Shown piece after piece: positions 48,945 to 57,947 of a DNA stretch of 64,000 nucleotides. Position 1 is the stretch's first letter; each line of letters begins with the position of its first letter. The notes below the pieces were generated by a model. It worked only from the letters and a program-made list of their open reading frames with translations. It was not told where the DNA came from and did no database searches. The position numbers and the translations under genes were made by a program. The stretch is from an uncultured bacterium (lineage in GTDB: Bacteria; Oederibacteriota; Oederibacteriia; Oederibacteriales; Oederibacteriaceae), in NCBI GenBank assembly GCA_965112635.1, contig OZ218778.1, positions 1,600,001-1,664,000 on the forward strand. Direction: 5' to 3'.

Positions 48945-50180
48945 ATGGACGAACCATTTATATTTTTTGAGCAGCAAGCATATAAATTTAGGGAAAAGTT
49001 GGATTTACCCACTGAATTTATTGGTGAAGCCATAGATATATTAAGAAATGCATTTGGTGAGGAATGGATAAGAACAAGAGCAAATTCAAAAGATAAATCA
49101 ATCGCATTGCCCTTAAGGGATCATCCAATAGGTGAGTATTTTTCAACCCCTTCCGAATCACAAATTGTTGGAGCTTTAGAGCTTGCTGTTTATTTAAAAC
49201 GATTGATGAATGTAAAGAAAATAGAAAAAGTTATAACCCAAATGAAAGATAAGTTTTATCCACATCACCTTCAATTGGCATTTGGGTATAGATTTCTTCG
49301 TTGTGGTGCAACTGAATTAGAGTTTGAGCCGGAGGCTCTCAGCGGACGCTTTGGCGATATATTTTTTAAGATTGATGGCAAACCAATTATGGTTGAGTGC
49401 TATGTCCCACATATTCAAACAGTAGATACATCTAGAGAATTTCATTATTCAACAGGACCAATATTTAAATCTATTAAAGATGGTAAGAAAAGGATTTGTA
49501 TTCATTTAGTTAAATCAATTACCCCAGAGGATAGAAAACGGATACAAACTTTAATTATTAATGCCATTAGCAGTTCAAGTAACGATCAAATTATTGAATT
49601 AAAAGATGAAGCAGCAACTATTTCTATAGAAGATATTTCCTTTCTGAAGGAAGATAGCGATTTTTCCGAACCTGGAAGCCCCCCAATGAAGCTGTATGGA
49701 GATGCAGATTGGGGGGTGAATGAACAGAGAATTGCAAAAGAGCAAATACCCGATGTCCGATTGGGTACCGCCCCGAGAAATATATTGAGCCGAATATTTG
49801 TTTGGAAAGCACCGCAAGAAAAAAACAATGTTGAGATCGAAGAAAGGATTAAGGAATTAGAAAAAAAGATAAAGGACAAATTAGCTCAAACAAAACATAA
49901 TGACGGCGCGGGAAGGTTTTTAATTATAAATATTCCTGAGGCCCTCGACCTAAATAGTAAAACATTCAAGATAGTTAAGTGTTTAAATGAGGAAATTATT
50001 CGTAAATGCAAGAATATGGCAGGAATGATATTGACTCGACGAATATGGACAGATAAAAATAGATATATTCATGGCGGTATGTTGATGGAAGGGCATCCCC
50101 AGTATCGTTTTATAAATACATTCTATGATAAGTTGAATTTATTTGAACGGGGAAATGACATTATTAAAGATTATAAATAA
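48945..50180 (+). CDS. PD-(D/E)XK nuclease-like hypothetical protein
   Basis: GDIFFKIDGKPIMVEC; KDKLAQ...FLIINI. Confidence 0.5.
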   Translation: MDEPFIFFEQQAYKFREKLDLPTEFIGEAIDILRNAFGEEWIRTRANSKDKSIALPLRDHPIGEYFSTPSESQIVGALELAVYLKRLMNVKKIEKVITQMKDKFYPHHLQLAFGYRFLRCGATELEFEPEALSGRFGDIFFKIDGKPIMVECYVPHIQTVDTSREFHYSTGPIFKSIKDGKKRICIHLVKSITPEDRKRIQTLIINAISSSSNDQIIELKDEAATISIEDISFLKEDSDFSEPGSPPMKLYGDADWGVNEQRIAKEQIPDVRLGTAPRNILSRIFVWKAPQEKNNVEIEERIKELEKKIKDKLAQTKHNDGAGRFLIINIPEALDLNSKTFKIVKCLNEEIIRKCKNMAGMILTRRIWTDKNRYIHGGMLMEGHPQYRFINTFYDKLNLFERGNDIIKDYK

Positions 50181-50202
50181 AAAAAATTAAAGGTGGTAAC
50201 GC

Positions 50203-50529
50203 ATGGCTACCAAAAAATCATATCCCAATGATTTTACTAAGAGGAAGATTGAAGCTTATTTTCTAACACCAATACCAGACAAAGTTCGTAACGAAGTGTT
50301 GGAATGCCCTGGGGGATACATCCTCCAGGAAGTCAGACCTCATTGGAGGGAGCAAAGTCGGGTTACCCGGCATCCCTTTGCCAAGATGATTTATGTGGAT
50401 AAGACAGATGAGTGGAAAGTTTGTTGGCAACGGGCTAATGGAGATTGGAATCTACTTCATACGCTCAAGACCTTGGATGAAGTTCTGGTATTTATCAATT
50501 CCAATCCCAATGGTTGCTTTTTTGGATGA
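50203..50529 (+). CDS. DUF3024-like protein
   Basis: EVRPHW...PFAKMIY...WKVCWQRANGDW...NPNGCFFG. Confidence 0.75.
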   Translation: MATKKSYPNDFTKRKIEAYFLTPIPDKVRNEVLECPGGYILQEVRPHWREQSRVTRHPFAKMIYVDKTDEWKVCWQRANGDWNLLHTLKTLDEVLVFINSNPNGCFFG

Positions 50530-50702
50530 ATAGGTGAGGGTTGCCAGTTTTAGGGGGTTAGGTCACTATTGCTACCCTTACGTTCCGGGCCTTATATAGA
50601 TAGGCTCTGCCTGGGGGAGTATAATTAAATTTAACAGATACATTCATCTATCAACCGACTTGCATACGTACTTATCACCCAAAACAGAAGGAGGGTGAAC
50701 AA

Positions 50703-51068
50703 GTGGATGCAGCTAAAGGCATTGATATTTCTATAGAGCAAGTACCCTCCCAGACAACCAACTGCTGGAAAATAATCATCAAGGGATATCTTGATGCGGA
50801 TACCGCAGGTCAATTAATGAGCGAGTCAATGGTTTTAACCCGCCGAAAATCAGTCAAAGTAATAGTGGATTTAGAAGAGGTTACTTTCATGGATGGAGCT
50901 GGATGGGATGCTTTGCTACAGATAGCGGAAGAACTCATTAAGACAAAGGGGAAAATCGTTATTTTTAATATGACACCCACTGTGGAACGCATTTATAAGT
51001 TACTAAATTTGGAATCTGATCTGCTGTCTTTTCCTACTGAAGCTGATGCATTGCACCACTTGGGCTAA
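50703..51068 (+). CDS. STAS-domain protein
   Basis: GYLDADT, VIVDLEEVTFMDGAG. Confidence 0.8.
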   Translation: MDAAKGIDISIEQVPSQTTNCWKIIIKGYLDADTAGQLMSESMVLTRRKSVKVIVDLEEVTFMDGAGWDALLQIAEELIKTKGKIVIFNMTPTVERIYKLLNLESDLLSFPTEADALHHLG

Positions 51069-51096
51069 ATCAGTTTCCTGGGAATGCCCCCCCCTT

Positions 51097-51120
51097 GGAC
51101 ATCCACATAAGGCCATTTAT
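51097..51120. repeat. dif-like site copy 2
   Basis: ggacatccacATAAggccatTTAT. Confidence 0.65.
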
Positions 51121-51230
51121 TGCCAAACCTCGCAGGGAATTAAAAATCCAATAACACCAAAGCCGGGTGGGCTTGTTAAAATATTCTTTGGGTTTCATCG
51201 GTGATTAATCTTAAGAAAAAGAGGTGAATA

Positions 51231-52082
51231 ATGAAGAAAATAAAGTTGGAAAGCAAAATTATAGTTTCTGGCTCGTTGCGGGGTGCGCATCCTTTGGTTC
51301 AACGAACGCAGAAAGCATTTGAATCAGCGTCACTAGATAAGTATGGGCGGTTTATCCGAAGAATGATAACGATGAATGGCGGTTTAGATGTTTACGTGTC
51401 AAAGGCTAGCGTTAACCGAGCGCTTAGAATAATGGATGCGCTTATCAATGCTGCAGATAAAAGGGGTTATGTGATTGAGGTCGTGGAAGAAAAGTTTGAT
51501 TGCGGTGGGCAAGTGAACGGGCGTACTCAGTTTACGGCCAATGGAGAACACGTTCAGTTTAAGATGCTGGAACCTACGACTCGTCGGCTGAATGATGCTC
51601 CTCCAGCAAAGAGTGAAATGGACTTTCGGCATAAGTATCTCCACGATCCCTCAGGCAAACTCCAGTTAATTATTGAGACCTATCTGGGTGCTGGTTATCA
51701 AAGGATTTGGGAGGACGGGAAAAGGAATCGGTTAGAAAGTTTACTTGACTCATTTTTTGGTGAACTGATGAGAGGGATTGATAAACTTAAGCAAAATAAA
51801 ATTGAAGATGAACAACGCAGAAAAGTTGAGGCAGAGAATAAATTGCGTACTCAGGAACTATTGGCGCAACAGCAGCTTGAACTTGCTCGGGGAAAAGATT
51901 TGGAAACGAAGGCTATGAGTTGGGAAAAGTCCCTGAAGATTCGGCAGTTTCTTGAAGCTGTTGAGAATACGGCCCAAAACAATATGGACCCTGAACTCCA
52001 AGGCTGGATTGTTTGGGGGCGAAAGTATGCAGATATGATTAATCCCTTGAATGACCAGAACTCCCTGAAGAATTGGAGTTAA
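51231..52082 (+). CDS. Hypothetical protein
   Basis: 283-aa ORF with GAGG RBS; RALRIMDAL, WEDGKRNRLE blocks. Confidence 0.65.
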   Translation: MKKIKLESKIIVSGSLRGAHPLVQRTQKAFESASLDKYGRFIRRMITMNGGLDVYVSKASVNRALRIMDALINAADKRGYVIEVVEEKFDCGGQVNGRTQFTANGEHVQFKMLEPTTRRLNDAPPAKSEMDFRHKYLHDPSGKLQLIIETYLGAGYQRIWEDGKRNRLESLLDSFFGELMRGIDKLKQNKIEDEQRRKVEAENKLRTQELLAQQQLELARGKDLETKAMSWEKSLKIRQFLEAVENTAQNNMDPELQGWIVWGRKYADMINPLNDQNSLKNWS

Positions 52083-52099
52083 AAGGATTTGGCGAATTG

Positions 52100-52417
52100 C
52101 TAGGCATGTTTCTGCGGGGGGAAAGCAATCTCAAAATGGCGACCGCATGCCGCTGCTATGCGGGACAGTAATGGCATGGAAGTGGTTCTTGCATCCCGAC
52201 CACTTTCTAATCTTGCAATCACGACTTGTGTCGTTCCTGCTTTCTTCGCGAGCTCTGACTGTGTTAAGTGCTTAATCTCTCTTAGTTTTTTAATTGTTGC
52301 AGCTAATTTCTCTTTGGTCTTGCGGTCTTCGTAGAACATTCTCACTTCGGGATCTCTGAGTAACTCGTCTACTAAAGGGTCGATAGAAGTATATGGTTTA
52401 AATCTTCCTTTATTCAT
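52100..52417 (-). CDS. HigA-like HTH antitoxin
   Basis: LTQSELAKKAGTTQVVIARLESG; ATGA overlap with toxin. Confidence 0.85.
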   Translation of the reverse strand: MNKGRFKPYTSIDPLVDELLRDPEVRMFYEDRKTKEKLAATIKKLREIKHLTQSELAKKAGTTQVVIARLESGRDARTTSMPLLSRIAAACGRHFEIAFPPQKHA

Positions 52418-52743
52418 GAAACCTCCTTCATCCTTTTCTCTGCAAGGTCTAAATCTCTTTTTGACGTTTTTTGTGTTGTCTTTTTGAAAGCATGCAACCA
52501 AATCATACGGTCGTGTTCAATGATTACGTAAGCTATTCTGTAACCTCCACCTGGAGCCATGAACTTAATTTCCCAAAGCTTTCCTTTTAACTGTTTGAAT
52601 ATTACTTCTGAATAGTTAAGCCCATGCTTTTTAATACCTTCTATAACATCAATGAAGCAAGCCTGGTCTTCCTTTGAGAGACCTTTAATAAAATCAGCTA
52701 TGGGTTTGCGCCCAGACGATGTTTGATATTGGTCTATTTTCAT
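52414..52743 (-). CDS. RelE/HigB (Gp49-like) toxin
   Basis: KLWEIKF...YRIAY...LHAFKKTTQKT. Confidence 0.88.
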   Translation of the reverse strand: MKIDQYQTSSGRKPIADFIKGLSKEDQACFIDVIEGIKKHGLNYSEVIFKQLKGKLWEIKFMAPGGGYRIAYVIIEHDRMIWLHAFKKTTQKTSKRDLDLAEKRMKEVS

Positions 52744-52745
52744 TT

Positions 52746-52763
52746 TATATCCTGTTGGATATA
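52746..52763. promoter_or_regulatory. Palindromic operator TATATCC-TGTT-GGATATA directly upstream of the TA operon
   Basis: Perfect 7-bp arms next to TTGACA (minus strand, 52766-52771). Confidence 0.5.
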
Positions 52764-53004
52764 TTTGTCAAGTGCATAACAAAAAGACAATGATAGGCTA
52801 TTTTCCCTGACTAATTTGGTCGGCATTTAGTGCGGATGCCCTTTCTGCAATTTTATGAGTGAATTACACTATGACAAGCAAGTTCTGTCAAGGGATGTCT
52901 CCCCTTAAATTGTTATTGGGGCTTGATGTATAAGCCTGCAATGTCTCTAACATACCCGAATTCAAGGTGTATGCAGCTTGGATTTAGTAATTTATGAGAC
53001 GGTA

Positions 53005-54277
53005 CTAGAAAGGCTCCTCAAGGTCTATAAATTCTATGCTGGGCCGGCAATCTCGCTGTCCTACGGCCAACATAAGAGCGCTTACGCAGTCATCGTGCAT
53101 TCCCTCAGGTGCACTATAGGTATATGAGAGACCTGAGCCCGAACGCCGTCTTTCATATGATGCCAACTCGTCAATAAGTGTGTTGTAGGGTTCTTTATAT
53201 TCCAGACTTGGAAGAACTAAATCGCCTTGCTCTAATTTAAGCGCCAATTTATTTACCATGTCTTCTTTGGACTGGTTCGTAAAGGTAACGGCTTGAACCG
53301 TAAGCCCACGCTTCTTGAAGGATCTCGTAGATTGGTTGACCCGGCCCGCCAGCATCAACATAAACCATAGCATCGTTGTAATGTTTAGCTAACGCAACGA
53401 TCCGGTCTGCCTGTACAAGATAGTCCATTTCTTCCCAACGCTTGACCTGAACAATGCGGTTATCACAGCGGACAACTGCAACAGCAAAATCTCGAAGTTT
53501 AGCAGGGTCATAGCCAATGACATATGTGCAACCAGATTGGGGTTCTTCAGGAGTGCCTGTGGCCGCTTCCCTGATCTTACGAAATACCATGCCTGTTCCT
53601 TCAAGTATGCGTGCCATAATTTCCTGTTGGAACATCTCCTCTGGTAAATCTCTTCTTAGGGCTTCAATCTCCTTTACTGGAACCAAACCCGCCTCATAAG
53701 TTGAGCATTCAACAAGTCCCCAACGATTATCCCTGCCTTGTCGGCTCCAACGTACTATTTCACGCCAAAAGTTAGGTCTTGGTGTGGATAGGAATAGCCC
53801 CCGGCCAACTCCCTGATTGAGTAAACGTATGCGGACAAGACTCCATGCCTTCTCCCGCCACTTAGCGACCTCATCCCCGTAGATAGCTATAGGATGATGG
53901 GCAGAGATGATTTCAACGTTTTCTGCAGAGACTCCATATACCCTGGCACCATTGGGGAGCTGGGCAAAGAGGTAGGGGTGGGTTCTGATGCGAGCGCCCA
54001 TGCTTCTTGCGTGGGAAGCAAAAGTCTCCCACATGGCGTCCAGCTGGAATTTAAGACCAGCTACCCACCAGAAAGTCTGGCCTGGGTTGTGGAGCATATC
54101 ATCTAGGAGTTCGCAAGCACCCCACACTGTCTTGCCAGTATGAACCCCGGCATTAATTACCACCAGAGAACGCTTCGCACGTAGTTTCCGTGCTTTCTCC
54201 TGCCAAGGCAGTAATTGAAATTTGATTCTTACTTTCTGGTCTTGCGGCTGCGTTTTGTCTTGGAAGCTGGTATCCAT
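53005..54277 (-). pseudogene. Phage terminase large subunit with a +1 frameshift near 53318
   Basis: AGVHTGKT, GDEVA, LSTP, GYDPA, VDAGGPG in ORF 53249-54277; HDDCVSALMLA in ORF 53005-53373. Confidence 0.8.
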
Positions 54278-54735
54278 TCAATTGCTCCTTGTACTTGCTG
54301 TGGTGGTATTAAGGGCTGTCCGCCCGTTAAAATCTTTGTAATGTCCCTCATGCTTTCGGCCCCCATCTTCATCAGGGCTAGGGATTCTATAAAGTTGGTA
54401 GGTTGTTGCGGAGCAGGGATTTCGCTTCCATCCTCGGCGATCCTGGGCAGAATTTGTCTAGCACCGACGGCAAAGGCGGTTTTAGCGGCTTTAAACTGAC
54501 GTTCTAACTCATCAGCAAGGTTTATGCCCGCTTTTTCCACCACGATTTGCAGGGCTTGTTTCTGGGATTCCTCCCAAGCCAATGTCATTTTCTTGCCGAT
54601 TTTCCTATTTCCATATTCAAGGTTGATTTCTTTGCGTCTGAAAAATTCATTCTGGGTAAGGAGAGGTTCATTGGACTTCATAAGCACCCATTCTTGAATG
54701 AGGCCGGACCAGTCGTGTTTTTTTGTTCCGCTCAT
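54229..54735 (-). CDS. Putative terminase small subunit / hypothetical
   Basis: Position between methylase and terL; helical protein. Confidence 0.45.
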   Translation of the reverse strand: MSGTKKHDWSGLIQEWVLMKSNEPLLTQNEFFRRKEINLEYGNRKIGKKMTLAWEESQKQALQIVVEKAGINLADELERQFKAAKTAFAVGARQILPRIAEDGSEIPAPQQPTNFIESLALMKMGAESMRDITKILTGGQPLIPPQQVQGAIEWIPASKTKRSRKTRK

Positions 54736-54737
54736 GA

Positions 54738-56081
54738 TTATTTCCTCGGTATATCTAGGATGGGTTTTTTGCCGGTTAGGTTTAAAAACCTCTGGCAGAT
54801 TACGTCACAGTAGGCTGGGTCTAGTTCCATTAAAAAGGCTTTTCTGTCCATCTGCTCGGCAGCAATAAGGGTTGATCCGCTACCCCCGAACAGGTCCAAT
54901 ACGTTTTCGCCAGGTCTGCTGGAATAGGTCATGGCTCTGGCAGCCAATTCCACAGGTTTCTCCGTTAAATGGACCATTTTGTTGGGATTGATCTTTTTGA
55001 CTGACCAGACATCGGTGGCGTTATGAATATCGTGAGTAAAATAATGAGCTTTTCCTTCCCGCCAGCCATAAAAGCACCACTCGTGGTTGCCCATAAAGTC
55101 TTTACGGGTTAAGACAGGATGTTCTTTAACCCAGATAATGGCTTGGGAGAAATATAGTTCTGATTCTTCAAGTGCTGACGGGTAGTTTTTGCAGTTGGCG
55201 TAACCTCCCCAAATATAGAATGCACGGCCAGGTATAAGAGCGTGGGCTATGTTTCCAAACCAAAGCCTAAGCATTTTTTCAAATTCCTCAGGCTTTAAGA
55301 AGTCATTGATTAAGGGTCTATCCTTTGCCCGCATCTGGCCTGTGGATTTAATGACTTCACCATTCTTAGCCCTATTGGCCATGTCCATCTTTTGATGATG
55401 CATCCAATTCTTCTTTCCCGCTGCGAGGAGGGAGTTGTTAGACCTGGATTCCACGTTGACGTTATATGGGGGGTCTGTATTAACTATGTGGATTGGTTGG
55501 CCGTTGAGAAGCCTGTCTACGTCTTCTCTTTTGGAACTATCACCGCACAATAGTCGATGGTTACCCAAAAGCCATAAATCGCCAGGTTTGGTTGTTGGAT
55601 TGACTGGAGGCAGGGGAGTTTCTTGATCGTCTAAGTTAACGGGATTTTGGTGTTCAAACTCTAATAGAAGGTCTTTGAGTTCATCGTCTTTGAATTGCAG
55701 TGTGCGATCTATGTCCAGACCAGCGGCTGCTAGCTCTTGCAAGGTTTGGTTGAGAATAGGAATATCCCATTCTGCCAGCTCGGCAGAACGATTATCGGCG
55801 ATGGCGTAGGCTTTGGCTTTGGCAATGTCCTTAGAGTCGAAAAATGCCACAGCCAGCTTGTCCCAACCAAGGGATAGGGCAGCTCTTAAAGTTCCATTAC
55901 CTGCGATAACAGTGCCGTCCTTTATGGCCACAATAGGTTTTTGTTGGCCGAATGCCTCAAGGGATGCGGCAATGGCTTTTATGTTCCGATCATCATGTTT
56001 TCTGGCATTTTTGGGATCTTCATGCAGGATTGTTGTGGATACCACGAGTTTTGAAAGAGAAGGATTAATCTTAGGCTGCAT
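54738..56081 (-). CDS. ParB-like domain + DNA methyltransferase (phage type)
   Basis: NARKH...FGQQKPI...IAGNG...ADNR; TDPPY; HLTEKPV; DLFGGSGST. Confidence 0.88.
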   Translation of the reverse strand: MQPKINPSLSKLVVSTTILHEDPKNARKHDDRNIKAIAASLEAFGQQKPIVAIKDGTVIAGNGTLRAALSLGWDKLAVAFFDSKDIAKAKAYAIADNRSAELAEWDIPILNQTLQELAAAGLDIDRTLQFKDDELKDLLLEFEHQNPVNLDDQETPLPPVNPTTKPGDLWLLGNHRLLCGDSSKREDVDRLLNGQPIHIVNTDPPYNVNVESRSNNSLLAAGKKNWMHHQKMDMANRAKNGEVIKSTGQMRAKDRPLINDFLKPEEFEKMLRLWFGNIAHALIPGRAFYIWGGYANCKNYPSALEESELYFSQAIIWVKEHPVLTRKDFMGNHEWCFYGWREGKAHYFTHDIHNATDVWSVKKINPNKMVHLTEKPVELAARAMTYSSRPGENVLDLFGGSGSTLIAAEQMDRKAFLMELDPAYCDVICQRFLNLTGKKPILDIPRK

Positions 56082-56212
56082 GGAGGGCCACCATTTCTGG
56101 GACCAATCGGATGCCTTTGGGCCCTCCATAGATGAGTTTGAAGGAAAATTTATCCCGAATGACCGGGACAGCAGGTTCTAGGCTTGCAATATATGGTAGT
56201 CTTATAAAGGAA

Positions 56213-56244
56213 GTGACATTACCAGAGTCAGCTCTCGGCAGCCA
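56213..56244. other. attR (P arm plus displaced tRNA 3' CAGCCA)
   Basis: gtgacattaccagagt-cagctctcgg-cagcca. Confidence 0.75.
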
Positions 56245-56498
56245 AAGAATAATTATTATTTTTCTCCATGCCTTATAGGATCTAACTTTTTGACCACCAC
56301 GGACGTTTTGACAATCCTCGAAATGAAAGACAGTTCGCTAGTTCACCTGATCTGGGAATAAAGATATCTGGCAAGAGCGATCTTGAGATTGCACCTATGA
56401 GAGATTTAGTCTACCCTCGAACAGTCCACTAGAATTGCCCTAGCGCAGATTTCGTCTGGAATTCAAAAAGTTGGGATGGTAAAATAAAATTTATCAGG

Positions 56499-57191
56499 AT
56501 GGAAGAAAAAGTTATGGCATCTGGTAAAAGGAGCAGGATGAGTAAGGTAAAACCCATGGAGGTCCTACTGTGCGGCGAACATGCCTTATTGCGGGTATTC
56601 TTACGGGCCTGGCTGAGCCGGTTCGATAAACTGCGCGTGGTGGCCGAGGCTAATAACGCGAAGCAGACCATGGACCTGGTACAAAAACACAAACCATCCC
56701 TGGTTTTGATGGATTTCGACACACTTCAGGCCTCCAGCTTGGAGGTGCTGACCAAGATACGGCTGAGTTTCCCCATGGTAAAAGTGATCATTTATTTTGC
56801 CCATACCAACGACAACTTCGCGATAAAGTTGATCCGGGCCGGGGCCGCCGGATTTGTGCTGAAGGACGCTGGATCCGAAGATATGGAGATCGCGATAAAG
56901 ACAGTGCTGAGCGGAGGCGTTTATTTAAGTTCGGAATTCCTCAAATCTCTTGGCACCGCGGCGTTACGGGAAGGGGTTCCCGACAAGGAGGGGAAATCGC
57001 TCAGCGTCAGGCAAGCGGAGATCCTCAAGCTCATTGCTCTGGGTCTTTCCACCAAAGCCATCGCTTTTCAGCTTAAGATCAGTGCTAAGACCGTGGATGT
57101 GCACAAGCAGATTCTGATGAACCGGCTTGGCGTCCAAAGCACCACAGAACTCGTCAAATACGCAATCAGATCCGGTTTGGTCCCGGCCTGA
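56499..57191 (+). CDS. NarL/LuxR-family response regulator (atypical receiver)
   Basis: LVLMD, GFVLK, LSVRQAEIL...IAFQLKISAKTVDVH. Confidence 0.88.
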   Translation: MEEKVMASGKRSRMSKVKPMEVLLCGEHALLRVFLRAWLSRFDKLRVVAEANNAKQTMDLVQKHKPSLVLMDFDTLQASSLEVLTKIRLSFPMVKVIIYFAHTNDNFAIKLIRAGAAGFVLKDAGSEDMEIAIKTVLSGGVYLSSEFLKSLGTAALREGVPDKEGKSLSVRQAEILKLIALGLSTKAIAFQLKISAKTVDVHKQILMNRLGVQSTTELVKYAIRSGLVPA

Positions 57192-57342
57192 ACCTTCCCA
57201 CTGTCCCATCTAGGCAAATTCCTCGATTTACTAGGCAACTATTACCTGTCCTTTAAGGATTTCCCCAGGATGTTACCTTGATGCTTTTCCATTAAGGTTA
57301 ACAGTAGTTGAAGTTTTTGCGGAGCGATCCAGGGGGAAAAAA

Positions 57343-57798
57343 GTGAAAATCAGTAAAGTTTTACTTTCCAGTGAGTACGCATTATTAAGGGTATTTTTAC
57401 GGGCCTGGCTGAGCCGGTTCGATAAACTTCGTGTGGTAGCCGAGGCCAGTAACGCGAAGCAGACCATGGACCTGGTACAAAAACACAAACCATCCCTGGT
57501 TTTGATGGATTTCGACACGCTCCAGGTCGCAAGCCTGGAGGTGTTGAACAGGATACGGCTGGGTTTCCCCAAGGTAAAAGTGATCATTTATTTTGCCCAT
57601 ATCAATGACAACTTCGCAATAAAGCTGATCCGGGCCGGGGCCGCCGGATTTGTGCTGAAGGACGCGGGATCCGAAGATATGGAGATCGCGATAAAGACAG
57701 TACTGAGCGGAGGTTTTTATTTAAGCCCTGGATTTCTCAAGTCTCTCGGCACGGCAGGGCTACGCAAAGGGTTTCCCCGACGAGGAGGGGGAAAATGA
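57343..57798 (+). CDS. Receiver-only duplicate of the upstream regulator
   Basis: Near-identical receiver sequence; stops before the HTH. Confidence 0.75.
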   Translation: MKISKVLLSSEYALLRVFLRAWLSRFDKLRVVAEASNAKQTMDLVQKHKPSLVLMDFDTLQVASLEVLNRIRLGFPKVKVIIYFAHINDNFAIKLIRAGAAGFVLKDAGSEDMEIAIKTVLSGGFYLSPGFLKSLGTAGLRKGFPRRGGGK

Positions 57799-57947
57799 TT
57801 GACCTTTGGCCAGTGAAAACGGGCCTAGGCAAATACCTCGTTTTTCTAAGGAATTATTACTGGTTATCTAAAGGTTTTCCCAGGCTGTATGTTTTGTGGT
57901 TTTGATCTAAAGTTAAGTTGAACGGAAGTTCAGAAAGAGGAGGCAAT

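Larger units (their letters stand above)
25128..56244. mobile_element. Island 2: ~31.1-kb serine-integrase element (phage/satellite-like defence island) in tRNA-Gln
   Basis: CAGCCA core at 25128-25133 and 56239-56244; 14/16 inverted arms at 25140-25155 and 56213-56228, each 10 bp from the CA dinucleotide; integrase, primase and terminase inside. Confidence 0.85.
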
